Assembly (NCBI GenBank): GCA_963668425.1
Contig: OY764332.1
Location: forward strand, 460,336 to 524,335
Source of the DNA: Minisyncoccota bacterium
Lineage (GTDB): Bacteria; Patescibacteriota; Minisyncoccia; Phycocordibacterales; JABAAK01
DNA length: 64,000 nucleotides
Direction of reading: 5' to 3'
The notes below the pieces were generated by a model, which was not told the DNA's origin, ran no database searches, and saw only the letters and a list, made by a program, of their open reading frames with translations. A program made the position numbers and the translations under genes. The first letter of the stretch is position 1. The number at the start of each line of letters is the position of its first letter. This document shows positions 33,799 through 43,564 of this stretch, piece after piece.

Positions 33799-34785
33799 AT
33801 GAGAATATTTTTCTGTTTTGCGTTGGCTGTTTGTGTCGGGACCTTTTTGGGGCTTTTTTCCTCTGAGGAGTATGCTTCAAGCAGTGAGGCCGCCGTTGAG
33901 ACGGTGGCCACGAAGAAGGTTTCTTCTATCAGATTCCCCAAACGGGGCGAGGTCTTGAAGGCGGCCAATAAGTTGGCGCCTCATACTAGAGTGCCGGTAA
34001 GTATCTTGCTCGCGATTTGTGAGCAGGAAACCAACCTAGGCGCCAACCAGGGAGAGGTTTCTCGCGCTCTGCGTCGTGCCAGGAGTATCAAGGAACAGAT
34101 TATCCTTGATGTTCTGGCGAAGAAGCAGGGCATGAGTGACCCTGACCTGCTCAAGGTTTCGCCTAATGCAGCCTTTGGCTTGGTCCAGGCCCGGCCGAGT
34201 TATTATCTCCATCATACTGGCATGGAGATTGACTTCGGCAGTACGCCGACAGTGCTCTTACACGGGACAGATCAGTATCGGAATATGTCCCGTGGTGAAA
34301 GGGCGGCAGGGATCAAGGCGATTCAGCACAAGCTCGGCTTGCGTGGGGATGACCTTGATGGTGTTGTAGGGGGGAAGACCCTTGACGCCATAAGGCGTGC
34401 CGCTGGTACTCGGTCGTTTGACCGGCTTGCTAAGTACCGGCTGGTAAAAAAATTCTTTGCCGATCAGGTAAAGGTGAAGACCGCCAAAAGCAAAGACAAA
34501 GTGTGGCGGCGGATTTGCCTTGCTGAGGGCAAGGATCCTCGTAAGGCAAAGTACTTCATGCCGGACCTCTGGGATCCGCTTCACGCCTTTGCCTATGCAA
34601 GCGTCCACATTGAGGACGACCTGCGTTTGGCAGGTGGGAAGTTGGACATTGCCATTGCCGCGTACTATACCGGCATTGGCAGCGCAAAGCAAGGTTGCAG
34701 GGATGGGGTTTGGTATAGAAGGCAAGTGAAAGCAAAGGCAAAGAAGTATGCTTCTGCCTCACTTGCTAAGTCAAATGTCTCCTGA
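33799..34785 (+). CDS. Secreted lytic transglycosylase-like protein with inserted peptidoglycan-binding domain
   Basis: LLAICEQET (catalytic Glu), AFGLVQ..P, DLWDP..A, AIAAYY.G; AIQHKLG..DGVVGGKTLDAI. Confidence 0.72.
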   Translation: MRIFFCFALAVCVGTFLGLFSSEEYASSSEAAVETVATKKVSSIRFPKRGEVLKAANKLAPHTRVPVSILLAICEQETNLGANQGEVSRALRRARSIKEQIILDVLAKKQGMSDPDLLKVSPNAAFGLVQARPSYYLHHTGMEIDFGSTPTVLLHGTDQYRNMSRGERAAGIKAIQHKLGLRGDDLDGVVGGKTLDAIRRAAGTRSFDRLAKYRLVKKFFADQVKVKTAKSKDKVWRRICLAEGKDPRKAKYFMPDLWDPLHAFAYASVHIEDDLRLAGGKLDIAIAAYYTGIGSAKQGCRDGVWYRRQVKAKAKKYASASLAKSNVS

Positions 34786-34794
34786 TCTTTATAT

Positions 34795-34826
34795 GGGGCG
34801 AACGTTTTACGTTCGCCCCTATTTTT
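34795..34826 (+). terminator. Intrinsic terminator
   Basis: GGGGCGAACGT-TTT-ACGTTCGCCCC then T-tract. Confidence 0.85.
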
Positions 34827-34891
34827 ATACTTGCAGATTACTATTGTTTTGCTATTTTTGCACTATATACTGTTTATATACTATACGTTGT

Positions 34892-35728
34892 ATGAGTGAT
34901 GTACATGTTGACAAGTTGAATAATTCGCAGTTGATATTGTTGGTGCTATTGATCTCGTTGGTGGTTAGTGCGGCGACGGCAGTGGCGACTTTGTCGGTGG
35001 TGTATGAGCGTTTGGCATTGGCTACGGAAGAGGATGTGGAAGCACGGCCGACCATTATTCGTCAGACCATTAATCGAATTATTGAGCGGGAGCCGGCGTT
35101 GCTGTCATCTGAGGTTGCTACAGGTATGCAACAGGTGTCGAGTGCGGGTATGGCACTTACGCTGGAGGCCATTGAGCAATCTTTAGTGCGAATTTACTTT
35201 GGCTCACAGCCATCTGCTCATGGTGTGTATGTCTCGCTGGACGGACACATTCTTACCTCGGAGGTGCTGGATGGACAACGGCGGTACAGTGTGCTTGATA
35301 GGGCGGGGCACCCCACTTTCTTTTCACTTTTGTATAGTGGTGAGGAGTACTCGTTGCTCTCTCCGGTAGATGTTGGTGTGCATACCGTGCAGCACTATGT
35401 GCCACTTGAGCATATCACTGATGTATCACTCGGGCAGGCAGTGGTTGTCTTTAGTGGGTCAGGACAGAATGCACAGTTGCACACTGGCATTGTTTCGCAA
35501 AAGAAGGTGATGGCCAATGCAGTTGAATCGGTGCGGATTTCTGTTGCTATGTCAGATGTTGTTAGCACTTCTGTAGTGTTTATTGAAAATTTGTTTGCTG
35601 GGTTTACACGGTCGTACTCCGACTGGGTTCCATTACTTGACAGTGCTTTTGTTGCTGGTGCGGCGCAGGCGATTCAGGCGCAGGCAGCGGCAAGAGATAC
35701 TGAATCAGCAGATGTAGGATCATCATAA
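34892..35728 (+). CDS. Membrane-anchored protein, possibly degenerate trypsin-like fold
   Basis: QLILLVLLISLV..T TM; G.YVSLDGHILT, LGQAVV, TGIVS; no clear catalytic triad. Confidence 0.65.
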   Translation: MSDVHVDKLNNSQLILLVLLISLVVSAATAVATLSVVYERLALATEEDVEARPTIIRQTINRIIEREPALLSSEVATGMQQVSSAGMALTLEAIEQSLVRIYFGSQPSAHGVYVSLDGHILTSEVLDGQRRYSVLDRAGHPTFFSLLYSGEEYSLLSPVDVGVHTVQHYVPLEHITDVSLGQAVVVFSGSGQNAQLHTGIVSQKKVMANAVESVRISVAMSDVVSTSVVFIENLFAGFTRSYSDWVPLLDSAFVAGAAQAIQAQAAARDTESADVGSS

Positions 35729-35787
35729 TAATGGAGGGGTGTAAAGTGGTTGAAACGGCAGATTGGGTGTGTTACTATGTGTACTGT

Positions 35788-38490
35788 ATGTCGTCGTTTC
35801 AGCAATTTACCGCAAAAGCAAAAGAGGCCTTTCGGATGGCGCAAGAACTTGCCGTTGACAATGGACATCAGAATATTAGTCCAGTGCATTTATTCACTGC
35901 GCTTGTTGGGCAGGAGGATGGGATTGTACAGCCGGTGCTTCAGAAATTAAATATTGATCCTTATGCGCTATACAATCAGGCGGTTGGGTTGTTGGAGTCC
36001 CGTGCTTCATCGTTTGATATAGAAGGGTCGCCGATTGTGCAGCTGTATCCGACGCCGGAGCTGGCTATTGTGCTTGAGCATTCGGGTAAGATTGCAAATG
36101 CGCTTAAGGAAAAGCATATTTCAACTGAGCATTTGTTTTTGGCGGTGCTTGAAAAGCCGGGTATCCTGCGAGGATTGCTAGAGGGATATGGATTATATGC
36201 CAAGGAAGTGCATGAGACGATTGTGCAGTTGCGGAAGGAGAACAAGCAGGAAGTGCAAAATACAAAGGCGAAGAGCTTGGAGAAATATGGGCGTAATTTA
36301 ACGCAACTTGCCCGGGAAAATAAGTTGGATCCGGTTATTGGGCGCGATGAAGAGACCGCGCGAGTTATTCAGATATTGTCCCGCAGAACAAAGAACAACC
36401 CGATTCTTATCGGTGAGGCGGGAACTGGTAAGACGGCAATAGGTGAGGGTTTGGCGCAGAGAATTGTATCTGGTGATGTGCCAGAATCTATGCGCTCTAA
36501 AGAGTTGTACAGTTTGGATGTGGTTAGTATGTTGGCTGGGACGAAGTTTCGTGGGGAATTTGAGGATCGTCTGAAAAAGGTGATGAAAGAAGTGGAAGAC
36601 GCAAAGGATGCATATATTTTGTTTGTGGATGAGATACATTCGTTGGTTGGTACTGGGAATGCTGAGGGGACGATGGATGCCGCGAACATTCTGAAACCGG
36701 CACTTGCTCGTGGGCAGATGCGGATGATTGGGGCGACTACTTTGAAAGAATATCAGCAGCATATTGAAAAGGATGGTGCACTGACACGACGCTTTCAGCC
36801 GGTGTATGTTTCTGAGCCGTCTATTGAAGATGCGATTTCTATTCTGCGTGGGTTGCGAGAGCGGTATGAGGTATACCATGGTGTACGTATTACTGATGCG
36901 GCAATTGTTGCGGCGGCACAGCTGAGTAGTCGGTATATCACGGAGCGATTTTTGCCGGATAAGGCGATTGATTTGGTGGATGAGGCGGCTTCGTTGATGC
37001 GGGTATCGCTTGAGAATAAACCACCTGAGCTGGATGTGGCGCACCGGAGAATTATGCAGCTTGAAATTGAGATGGAAGCCGTTAAGAAAGATCATGAGGC
37101 GACAAAAGATGTCGGTACCAAAGAGCGGATGGAACAGTTGGAAAAGGAAATTGCTGATGTAAAGGAGGAGAGTAGGGAGCTGGAGGTGCGCTGGAAAAAT
37201 GAGAAAGAAACTATTGAGCAGATCAAGGAGTTGCAGACCAATCTTGAACGGAAACGCTATGAGGGAGAAGAAGCGGAAAGTAAGGCGGATTTTACGCGTG
37301 CGGCAGAGATTCGGTATAAGGATATTCCGCTGATTGAGAGTAAGTTTAAAAAGGCGCAGTCACGTTTGAAGCGACTGCAGAAAAATAGGAAGATATTGCG
37401 AGAGGAAGTTACTGAAGAGGATATTGCACATGTTATCGCGCGATGGACTGGTGTTCCGGCAACGAGAATGCTTGAGAGTGAGGCGAAGAAGTTGGGCAGA
37501 ATGGAGACAGAACTCAAGAAGCAAATTATCGGACAGGATGAATCTATACACAAAATTGCCGCGGCGATTAAGCGTTCGCGTGCTGGTATCGCGAATCCGG
37601 ATCGGCCGGTTGGCTCGTTTTTGTTTCTGGGTCCGACTGGTGTCGGGAAGACCGAACTTGCAAAACAGCTTGCACAGTATATGTTTGATGATGAGAAAGC
37701 GTTGGTGCGGTTTGATATGTCTGAGTATATGGAGCGGCACACGGTGTCTAAAATGATTGGTGCGCCTCCTGGGTATGTTGGCTATGAAGAGGCGGGTAAA
37801 CTGACTGAGGCAGTGCGACACCGACCGTATTCAATTGTGTTGTTTGATGAGATAGAGAAAGCGCATCCAGATGTATTTAATGTGTTATTGCAGGTGCTGG
37901 ATGACGGGCGGCTTACTGATAGCAAGGGGCGGCTGGTTAATTTTAAAAATGTGGTTGTTATTCTTACTTCTAATGTTGGTTCTGAGAAATTGATCAATAT
38001 GAATCAAATTGGATTTGAAGAAACGGTGAAGAAATCTGAAGAACGGTCCAGGCAGTATGATGAGGTGCGCAATAGGGTGATGGATACCCTGCAAAAATCG
38101 TTTAGGCCAGAGTTTTTGAATCGTCTTGATGAGATTATTGTCTTTAGACCGCTTAGTCAGCCAGATGTTAGGAAGGTGGTAACTTTGCAAGTTAATGAGG
38201 CGATACAACGACTTGCTGATCGGGAGATTACTATTACTGTTGATCGTGCGGTTTATGAGAAGATTGGCAAGGAGGGGTATCATGCTGAGTACGGTGCACG
38301 GCCGCTTCGTAGGAAGATTCAGACAGACCTGCTCAATCCACTTGCCAATGCCATTATTGAGGGTAATCTCGGCAGAGGTTCAAGTGTTCATGTGCGTGTT
38401 GAAAATGGTATGTACAAGTTTGGTGTTACCAAGAAGCATACTCAAAAATCTAAAGCAAAAACCAAAAAACGCGAAGGTGTGTTGGTGTAG
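35788..38490 (+). CDS. clpB: AAA+ disaggregase ClpB
   Basis: LDPVIGRD, RRTKNNP, two Walker A motifs, long middle domain, GAPPGYVGYEE. Confidence 0.95.
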   Translation: MSSFQQFTAKAKEAFRMAQELAVDNGHQNISPVHLFTALVGQEDGIVQPVLQKLNIDPYALYNQAVGLLESRASSFDIEGSPIVQLYPTPELAIVLEHSGKIANALKEKHISTEHLFLAVLEKPGILRGLLEGYGLYAKEVHETIVQLRKENKQEVQNTKAKSLEKYGRNLTQLARENKLDPVIGRDEETARVIQILSRRTKNNPILIGEAGTGKTAIGEGLAQRIVSGDVPESMRSKELYSLDVVSMLAGTKFRGEFEDRLKKVMKEVEDAKDAYILFVDEIHSLVGTGNAEGTMDAANILKPALARGQMRMIGATTLKEYQQHIEKDGALTRRFQPVYVSEPSIEDAISILRGLRERYEVYHGVRITDAAIVAAAQLSSRYITERFLPDKAIDLVDEAASLMRVSLENKPPELDVAHRRIMQLEIEMEAVKKDHEATKDVGTKERMEQLEKEIADVKEESRELEVRWKNEKETIEQIKELQTNLERKRYEGEEAESKADFTRAAEIRYKDIPLIESKFKKAQSRLKRLQKNRKILREEVTEEDIAHVIARWTGVPATRMLESEAKKLGRMETELKKQIIGQDESIHKIAAAIKRSRAGIANPDRPVGSFLFLGPTGVGKTELAKQLAQYMFDDEKALVRFDMSEYMERHTVSKMIGAPPGYVGYEEAGKLTEAVRHRPYSIVLFDEIEKAHPDVFNVLLQVLDDGRLTDSKGRLVNFKNVVVILTSNVGSEKLINMNQIGFEETVKKSEERSRQYDEVRNRVMDTLQKSFRPEFLNRLDEIIVFRPLSQPDVRKVVTLQVNEAIQRLADREITITVDRAVYEKIGKEGYHAEYGARPLRRKIQTDLLNPLANAIIEGNLGRGSSVHVRVENGMYKFGVTKKHTQKSKAKTKKREGVLV

Positions 38491-38711
38491 GGAAAGATTG
38501 GCTTGTGTTCGGTGCTACCTTTGACGGTGCTATAAAACCATCAGAAAACTATCTGCGGGATGCAGTGTATATTTTTCTGATGGTTTTCGGCGTTCTGCTT
38601 ACGCCACTCGTCAAGCTTTTGCTTTGCAAAAACCTATCGGCTGTCGCCGATGTTCTCGTCGCCCGGTTCACACCATTACTGTTTCATTTTTATTGATAGT
38701 TGGTATTACGG

Positions 38712-38794
38712 TGCGCCGGGCAGGATTTGAACCTGCGAAGCCTTTCGGCGATGGATTTACAGTCCATTGCAATTGACCACTCTGCCACCGACGC
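38712..38794 (-). tRNA. tRNA-Tyr(GTA)
   Basis: ATGGA-CT-GTA-AA-TCCAT, long variable arm, GGTTCAAATCC. Confidence 0.95.
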
Positions 38795-38858
38795 GCAATA
38801 TGCTGAGTATACCACCTTTTTTGAAAAATGATTGGGTGGTATGGTATACTACACCACT

Positions 38859-39014
38859 ATGTCACAAGATAATATCATTAATATGAAGTGCGAAGAAACA
38901 GGGGATATTCATTATGTAACTCGCAAGAATAGGAAACAGAATCCTGATCCGCTGGTACTAAAGAAGTATAATCAGAAACTCCGCAAGCACACCACGTACA
39001 AGGAATCTAAGTAA
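38859..39014 (+). CDS. rpmG: 50S ribosomal protein L33
   Basis: YVTRKNRK..P..LVLKKY..LRKHT.YKE. Confidence 0.93.
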   Translation: MSQDNIINMKCEETGDIHYVTRKNRKQNPDPLVLKKYNQKLRKHTTYKESK

Positions 39015-39077
39015 ACCGCCTTACGTTTTGAAAATGCCTTAAAAATAAGGGATAGTATGGTGTATACTGGCAAGGAT

Positions 39078-39773
39078 ATGGTAGGAGTGCTGTATGTGGT
39101 TGGGACGCCAATTGGGAATTTGGGGGATATGACAGGTCGGGCGGTGGAGGTATTGCGGGAGGTGGATACTATTTTTTGTGAAGATACACGGGTAACGCGG
39201 AATCTGTTGGCGCATTACACAATTGATGTTGCGTGTGTATCGTATCATTCGTTTAGTGGTTTCGGGAAGATTGCGTTGGCAATAGCCCTTATGAGACAAG
39301 GGAAAGATATTGCACTTGTCTCTGATGCTGGTACGCCGACTATCTCTGATCCAGGGGTAAAGTTTGTCCGGCATGTTCGTGAGACGTTTGGTGATGCGGC
39401 AGATATTCGTGCGGTACCGGGTGCATCTGCGGTTGTTGCCGCACTGTCTATCTCTGGTGCTCCGAGCTCTTCGTTTGTATTTTTAGGATTTCTGCCGCGG
39501 AAGAGGGGACGAAGATCTCTTTTTAGGGAGATTGCTGCTGAGAAGCGTACTGTGGTGTGTTATGAGGCACCACATCGATTGCTAAAGACACTTGAATCTC
39601 TGCGAGAGCATGTTGATCCGATGCGAGAAGTTATTGTTGCACGGGAAATGACAAAGGTGTATGAGCAAGTTGTTGCTGGAACAGCGGCAGATGTATTGGC
39701 ATATTATGTGGCACATTCGGATAAAGTGCGAGGTGAGGTGGTTATTATTATTTCCGCTTTGCAGAAGGTCTGA
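39078..39773 (+). CDS. rsmI: 16S rRNA C1402 2'-O-methyltransferase
   Basis: LYVVGTPIGNLGD, CEDTR, VSDAGTPTISDPG, YEAPHR, REMTK. Confidence 0.95.
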   Translation: MVGVLYVVGTPIGNLGDMTGRAVEVLREVDTIFCEDTRVTRNLLAHYTIDVACVSYHSFSGFGKIALAIALMRQGKDIALVSDAGTPTISDPGVKFVRHVRETFGDAADIRAVPGASAVVAALSISGAPSSSFVFLGFLPRKRGRRSLFREIAAEKRTVVCYEAPHRLLKTLESLREHVDPMREVIVAREMTKVYEQVVAGTAADVLAYYVAHSDKVRGEVVIIISALQKV

Positions 39774-39846
39774 GTGTGTATGCTGTTTTTGTTTTTTTAT
39801 TGGTGTGAATGATATAGGTGGGATGGTTGCTGTATACTGAACTTGT

Positions 39847-40053
39847 ATGATATATCGCCTTATATTTGTCGCAAGTGTTGTTTTGCTTTCGTTTCCGTTT
39901 GTGGGGGTATATTTAAAGTGGAAAGTGTGGGTGGCGTTTGGGCTGGGAGTGTTGTTTTTTGTGTATTCTGTCTACAGTGCGGTTCGGCATGTTGCTGAGA
40001 AAGGAGAGAAGGAGTCGGCGGAGGTGGCGAAGCATGTTAAAAAGCAAGAGTAA
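39847..40053 (+). CDS. Small 2-TM membrane protein
   Basis: TATACT 8 nt upstream; stop 5 nt before next ATG. Confidence 0.65.
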   Translation: MIYRLIFVASVVLLSFPFVGVYLKWKVWVAFGLGVLFFVYSVYSAVRHVAEKGEKESAEVAKHVKKQE

Positions 40054-40058
40054 ACTGT

Positions 40059-43000
40059 ATGGTGTACGATCCTGAAAGAATAGTAAGCATTGGGGAGCTA
40101 GAAAAACGAGGGAAGACCGTGCGTTTTGGTATTAAGGAAAAGGATAGGTCTCGGCATATTTATGTTATCGGACAGACGGGTACTGGTAAGTCAACATTGT
40201 TGGAGATGTTGGCGATGCAGGATATACGAAACGGTACCGGTTTGATTTTTATGGATCCGCATGGGCAGTCAGTTGAAGCATTGTTGCAATATGTAACACG
40301 GGACTATTTGGATAACATTATCTACTTTGCGCCACATCATCAGGAAAGACCGATTGGGTTGAATATTATGGAAGATATTGGCTATGATAAGCGGCATTTG
40401 GTGGTAAGTAGTTTGATGGCGTCGTTTGAGAAAATTTGGGGAGCTGGAACCTGGTCAGATAGGATGGCATACATTTTGCAGAATACGTTACTGGCGTTGA
40501 TTGAGTATCCTGGTACCACCTTGCTTGATGTTGGACGAATGTATAGTAGTAAAGGTTTTCGGGAGAAAGTTGTTGCTAACTTAAAAGACCCACAGGTGCG
40601 GAAGTACTGGGTTGAGGAATTTGCAAACTATACCGAGCGATACGCTCAGGAGGCAACACCATCTATTCAGAACAAGCTCGGTCAGTTTACCTCTAATCCG
40701 TTGATGCGAAATATTATTGGACAGAAGGACTCTGCGTTTAATTTTCGGGAGATTATGGATGAGGGGAAAATACTATTGGTGAATTTATCAAAAGGGCAGA
40801 TTGGTGAGAATAATGCACGAATGCTTGGTGTGTTGTTCACGACGAAGATTTATCTTGCCGCACTATCGCGAAGTAATATGACGAAGGCAGAGTTAGAGGC
40901 GGCGAATCCTTGTAATTTCTTTGTTGATGAGTTTCAGTCATTTGCGAATTCTTCTTTTTCTGATATTTTGTCTGAGGCGCGAAAATATAAGTTAAATCTG
41001 GTGATGGCGCATCAGTATTTAGGACAGTTATACTCTGATGACTCTGGTGGCGGAGATGTGATTCGGGATGCGGTGTTTGGTAATGTGGGAACCTTTGTAT
41101 CATTTCGGGTTGGTCCGGTTGATGCGGAGATTATTTCTAAACAATTTGCGCCGGATATTGCGGAGGAGGACTTGGTTGCGTTGCCACGGTATCATATATA
41201 CCTTACGTTGAATATTGATGGTGCCGGCTCTACACCATTTTCTGCAAGGACTTTTTATGAGCCAGCGCCGGAGAGTATGTCATTGGAGGATGAGGTTGTG
41301 CAGCGAACAATGGATGTTTACGGTGCTGATCGAGCGGCTGTAGAGAAATTGGTTGAGGATAATTTGGCGGAGGATGTTCAATCTAATGAAGTAGCAAAGA
41401 AATCTGGTGGACAGAAGGGTGGTGGGAAGAAATCTGGCTGGCAGCAGGGTGGTGGTGGACAAAGATCTGGCGGACAGAGGTCTGGTGGACAGAAGGGTGC
41501 ACATGGTGGTGACCGGAGAGATCTAGAGACCCATACCCCATTGAAGGGGTTGGTACAACAGATGATGCAGCGACCTGGGCAACAGAAGGAGGAGAAATCA
41601 AAAGAGCGAGGAGATGATGGTGAGGGATTTGTAAAAAAGAGGGTAGATGCGTCTGATCAGCCAAGGATGGATAGGTCAAAAGAACGTGTTGGGCAGAGGA
41701 GTGAAAGTAGGAGAATCCTGAAGAAGAAGGTGGATGTGTTGGAGCAGCGAGGAGCGAATGAGCCAAAGGAGCGTGTTGAGCAGAAGGGTGAGGTTGGAAA
41801 GGTTGTGAAGAAGGATGTTGCTATGTCAGTGACTGATATGCCGAAGAAAGGGCAGAGTGTCGTTGAGAGGTCAGAAGATGTTCGTGTTGTGGATACCCCA
41901 AAAGTACAGCACTCTTTTCCTGCAGAAGAACAGCGTAGGAGGCGAGGACGAGGGTCGGAAGGCGCTGCATCGGAGCGTGAACAGAATGACGACAGAAAAC
42001 GGTCTGCATCAAGTGGCAAGGTTCGTCGTGAAGAATCTGTTGCCATGCCGAGTCCTAATCAACAACGTACTCAGCGTAGGTCAAATCGTAGAGATGTTAA
42101 GCAGGATGATGGTGGTGGACAAAGATCTGGCGGACAGAGGTCTGGTGGACAGAAGGGTGAGGTTGGAAAGGTTGTGAAGAAGGATGTTGCTATGTCAGTG
42201 ACTGATATGCCGAAGAAAGGGCAGAGTGTCGTTGAGAGGTCAGAAGATGTTCGTGTTGTGGATACCCCAAAAGTACAGCACTCTTTTCCTGCAGAAGAAC
42301 AGCGTAGGAGGCGAGGACGAGGGTCGGAAGGCGCTGCATCGGAGCGTGAACAGAATGACGACAGAAAACGGTCTGCATCAAGTGGCAAGGTTCGTCGTGA
42401 AGAATCTGTTGCCATGCCGAGTCCTAATCAACAACGTACTCAGCGTAGGTCAAATCGTAGAGATGTTAAGCAGGATGATGGTGGTGGACAAAGATCTGGC
42501 GGACAGAGGTCTGGTGGACAGAAGGGTGAGGTTGGAAAGGTTGTGAAGAAGGATGTTGCTATGTCAGTGACTGATATGCCGAAGAAAGGGCAGAGTGTCG
42601 TTGAGAGGTCAGAAGATGTTCGTGTTGTGGATACCCCAAAAGTACAGCACTCTTTTCCTGCAGAAGAACAGCGTAGGAGGCGAGGACGAGGGTCGGAAGG
42701 CGCTGCATCGGAGCGTGAACAGAATGACGACAGAAAACGGTCTGCATCAAGTGGCAAGGTTCGTCGTGAAGAATCTGTTGCCATGCCGAGTCCTAATCAA
42801 CAACGTACTCAGCGTAGGTCAAATCGTAGAGATGTTAAGCAGGATGGAGAGGGTTCTGTACGGAATAGAGGGCAGCGACAGAAGAGGCAAAAGAACCATG
42901 GTGGAGGTGGTGGTCAGAGACATGCTCCCATAGATAAATTTGTTGTACGTACAGAGAAAGAGAAGGGTGGTTCTACAAGCAAGCAAGGAGTTTCTGCTGA

Positions 43001-43379
43001 CGTTAAGCAGGACGAAGCACGCGTAGAACAGCAGGTGAAAGAGAGGCGACCGCAACTTGCTGACGCTCTGCGACGACCAAATGGTGTTGTTGTTGGCACT
43101 GTTTCGCGAAGTATGGCGACACAGCAGTCAGTGACTGAACAACGTACTGAGCAGCCGGATGTCTCAGGTGGGCAGCAAGGCGCACAGGATGCAAAGCAGG
43201 AGCATTCTGGGAAACAGCAGCAGCGTGGGCATGCTGGTGGATTGGGTGATTTGGTAAAGACGACAAAGGCAAGCGGATTGCGAAAAGATTTGAAAGTTGC
43301 ACCGAAAAAAGAGAAGCATGCGCCGCCGATCAGATATGAGGAAGGGTGGTTTTCGATTGGGGATCTTGCCCGGAAGTAG
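40059..43379 (+). CDS. Type IV secretion coupling-protein-like ATPase (TraD/TrwB/VirD4-like) with long disordered repeat tail
   Basis: RHIYVIGQTGTGKS, DPHG, FVDEFQ, SEARKY, AHQYLGQL, FGNVGT. Confidence 0.88.
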   Translation: MVYDPERIVSIGELEKRGKTVRFGIKEKDRSRHIYVIGQTGTGKSTLLEMLAMQDIRNGTGLIFMDPHGQSVEALLQYVTRDYLDNIIYFAPHHQERPIGLNIMEDIGYDKRHLVVSSLMASFEKIWGAGTWSDRMAYILQNTLLALIEYPGTTLLDVGRMYSSKGFREKVVANLKDPQVRKYWVEEFANYTERYAQEATPSIQNKLGQFTSNPLMRNIIGQKDSAFNFREIMDEGKILLVNLSKGQIGENNARMLGVLFTTKIYLAALSRSNMTKAELEAANPCNFFVDEFQSFANSSFSDILSEARKYKLNLVMAHQYLGQLYSDDSGGGDVIRDAVFGNVGTFVSFRVGPVDAEIISKQFAPDIAEEDLVALPRYHIYLTLNIDGAGSTPFSARTFYEPAPESMSLEDEVVQRTMDVYGADRAAVEKLVEDNLAEDVQSNEVAKKSGGQKGGGKKSGWQQGGGGQRSGGQRSGGQKGAHGGDRRDLETHTPLKGLVQQMMQRPGQQKEEKSKERGDDGEGFVKKRVDASDQPRMDRSKERVGQRSESRRILKKKVDVLEQRGANEPKERVEQKGEVGKVVKKDVAMSVTDMPKKGQSVVERSEDVRVVDTPKVQHSFPAEEQRRRRGRGSEGAASEREQNDDRKRSASSGKVRREESVAMPSPNQQRTQRRSNRRDVKQDDGGGQRSGGQRSGGQKGEVGKVVKKDVAMSVTDMPKKGQSVVERSEDVRVVDTPKVQHSFPAEEQRRRRGRGSEGAASEREQNDDRKRSASSGKVRREESVAMPSPNQQRTQRRSNRRDVKQDDGGGQRSGGQRSGGQKGEVGKVVKKDVAMSVTDMPKKGQSVVERSEDVRVVDTPKVQHSFPAEEQRRRRGRGSEGAASEREQNDDRKRSASSGKVRREESVAMPSPNQQRTQRRSNRRDVKQDGEGSVRNRGQRQKRQKNHGGGGGQRHAPIDKFVVRTEKEKGGSTSKQGVSADVKQDEARVEQQVKERRPQLADALRRPNGVVVGTVSRSMATQQSVTEQRTEQPDVSGGQQGAQDAKQEHSGKQQQRGHAGGLGDLVKTTKASGLRKDLKVAPKKEKHAPPIRYEEGWFSIGDLARK
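41781..42846. repeat. 369-bp tandem repeat x~2.9
   Basis: Units begin 41781, 42150, 42519; linker also present at 41451..41499. Confidence 0.96.
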
Positions 43380-43564
43380 GGCTTTGTGTTGCGGGTGTTA
43401 CTTGCTTCACATGTGTATTTCTTGTGTGTTGATATAGGTGATACTTTACTGCTGGCTAGGGTTATATCGGGTGGTTATTGCTGGGCTGGTGTTGTGTTTT
43501 TTGTAGATGGCGCCTGTTGCCGTGGCTATAGGTGAGGTGGTGTTTGTGATACAATACCTTTATT

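Noticed and set aside
27311-43302. Repeated short antisense ORFs in the adhesin and ATPase
   Set aside because: Mirror frames of coding tandem repeats
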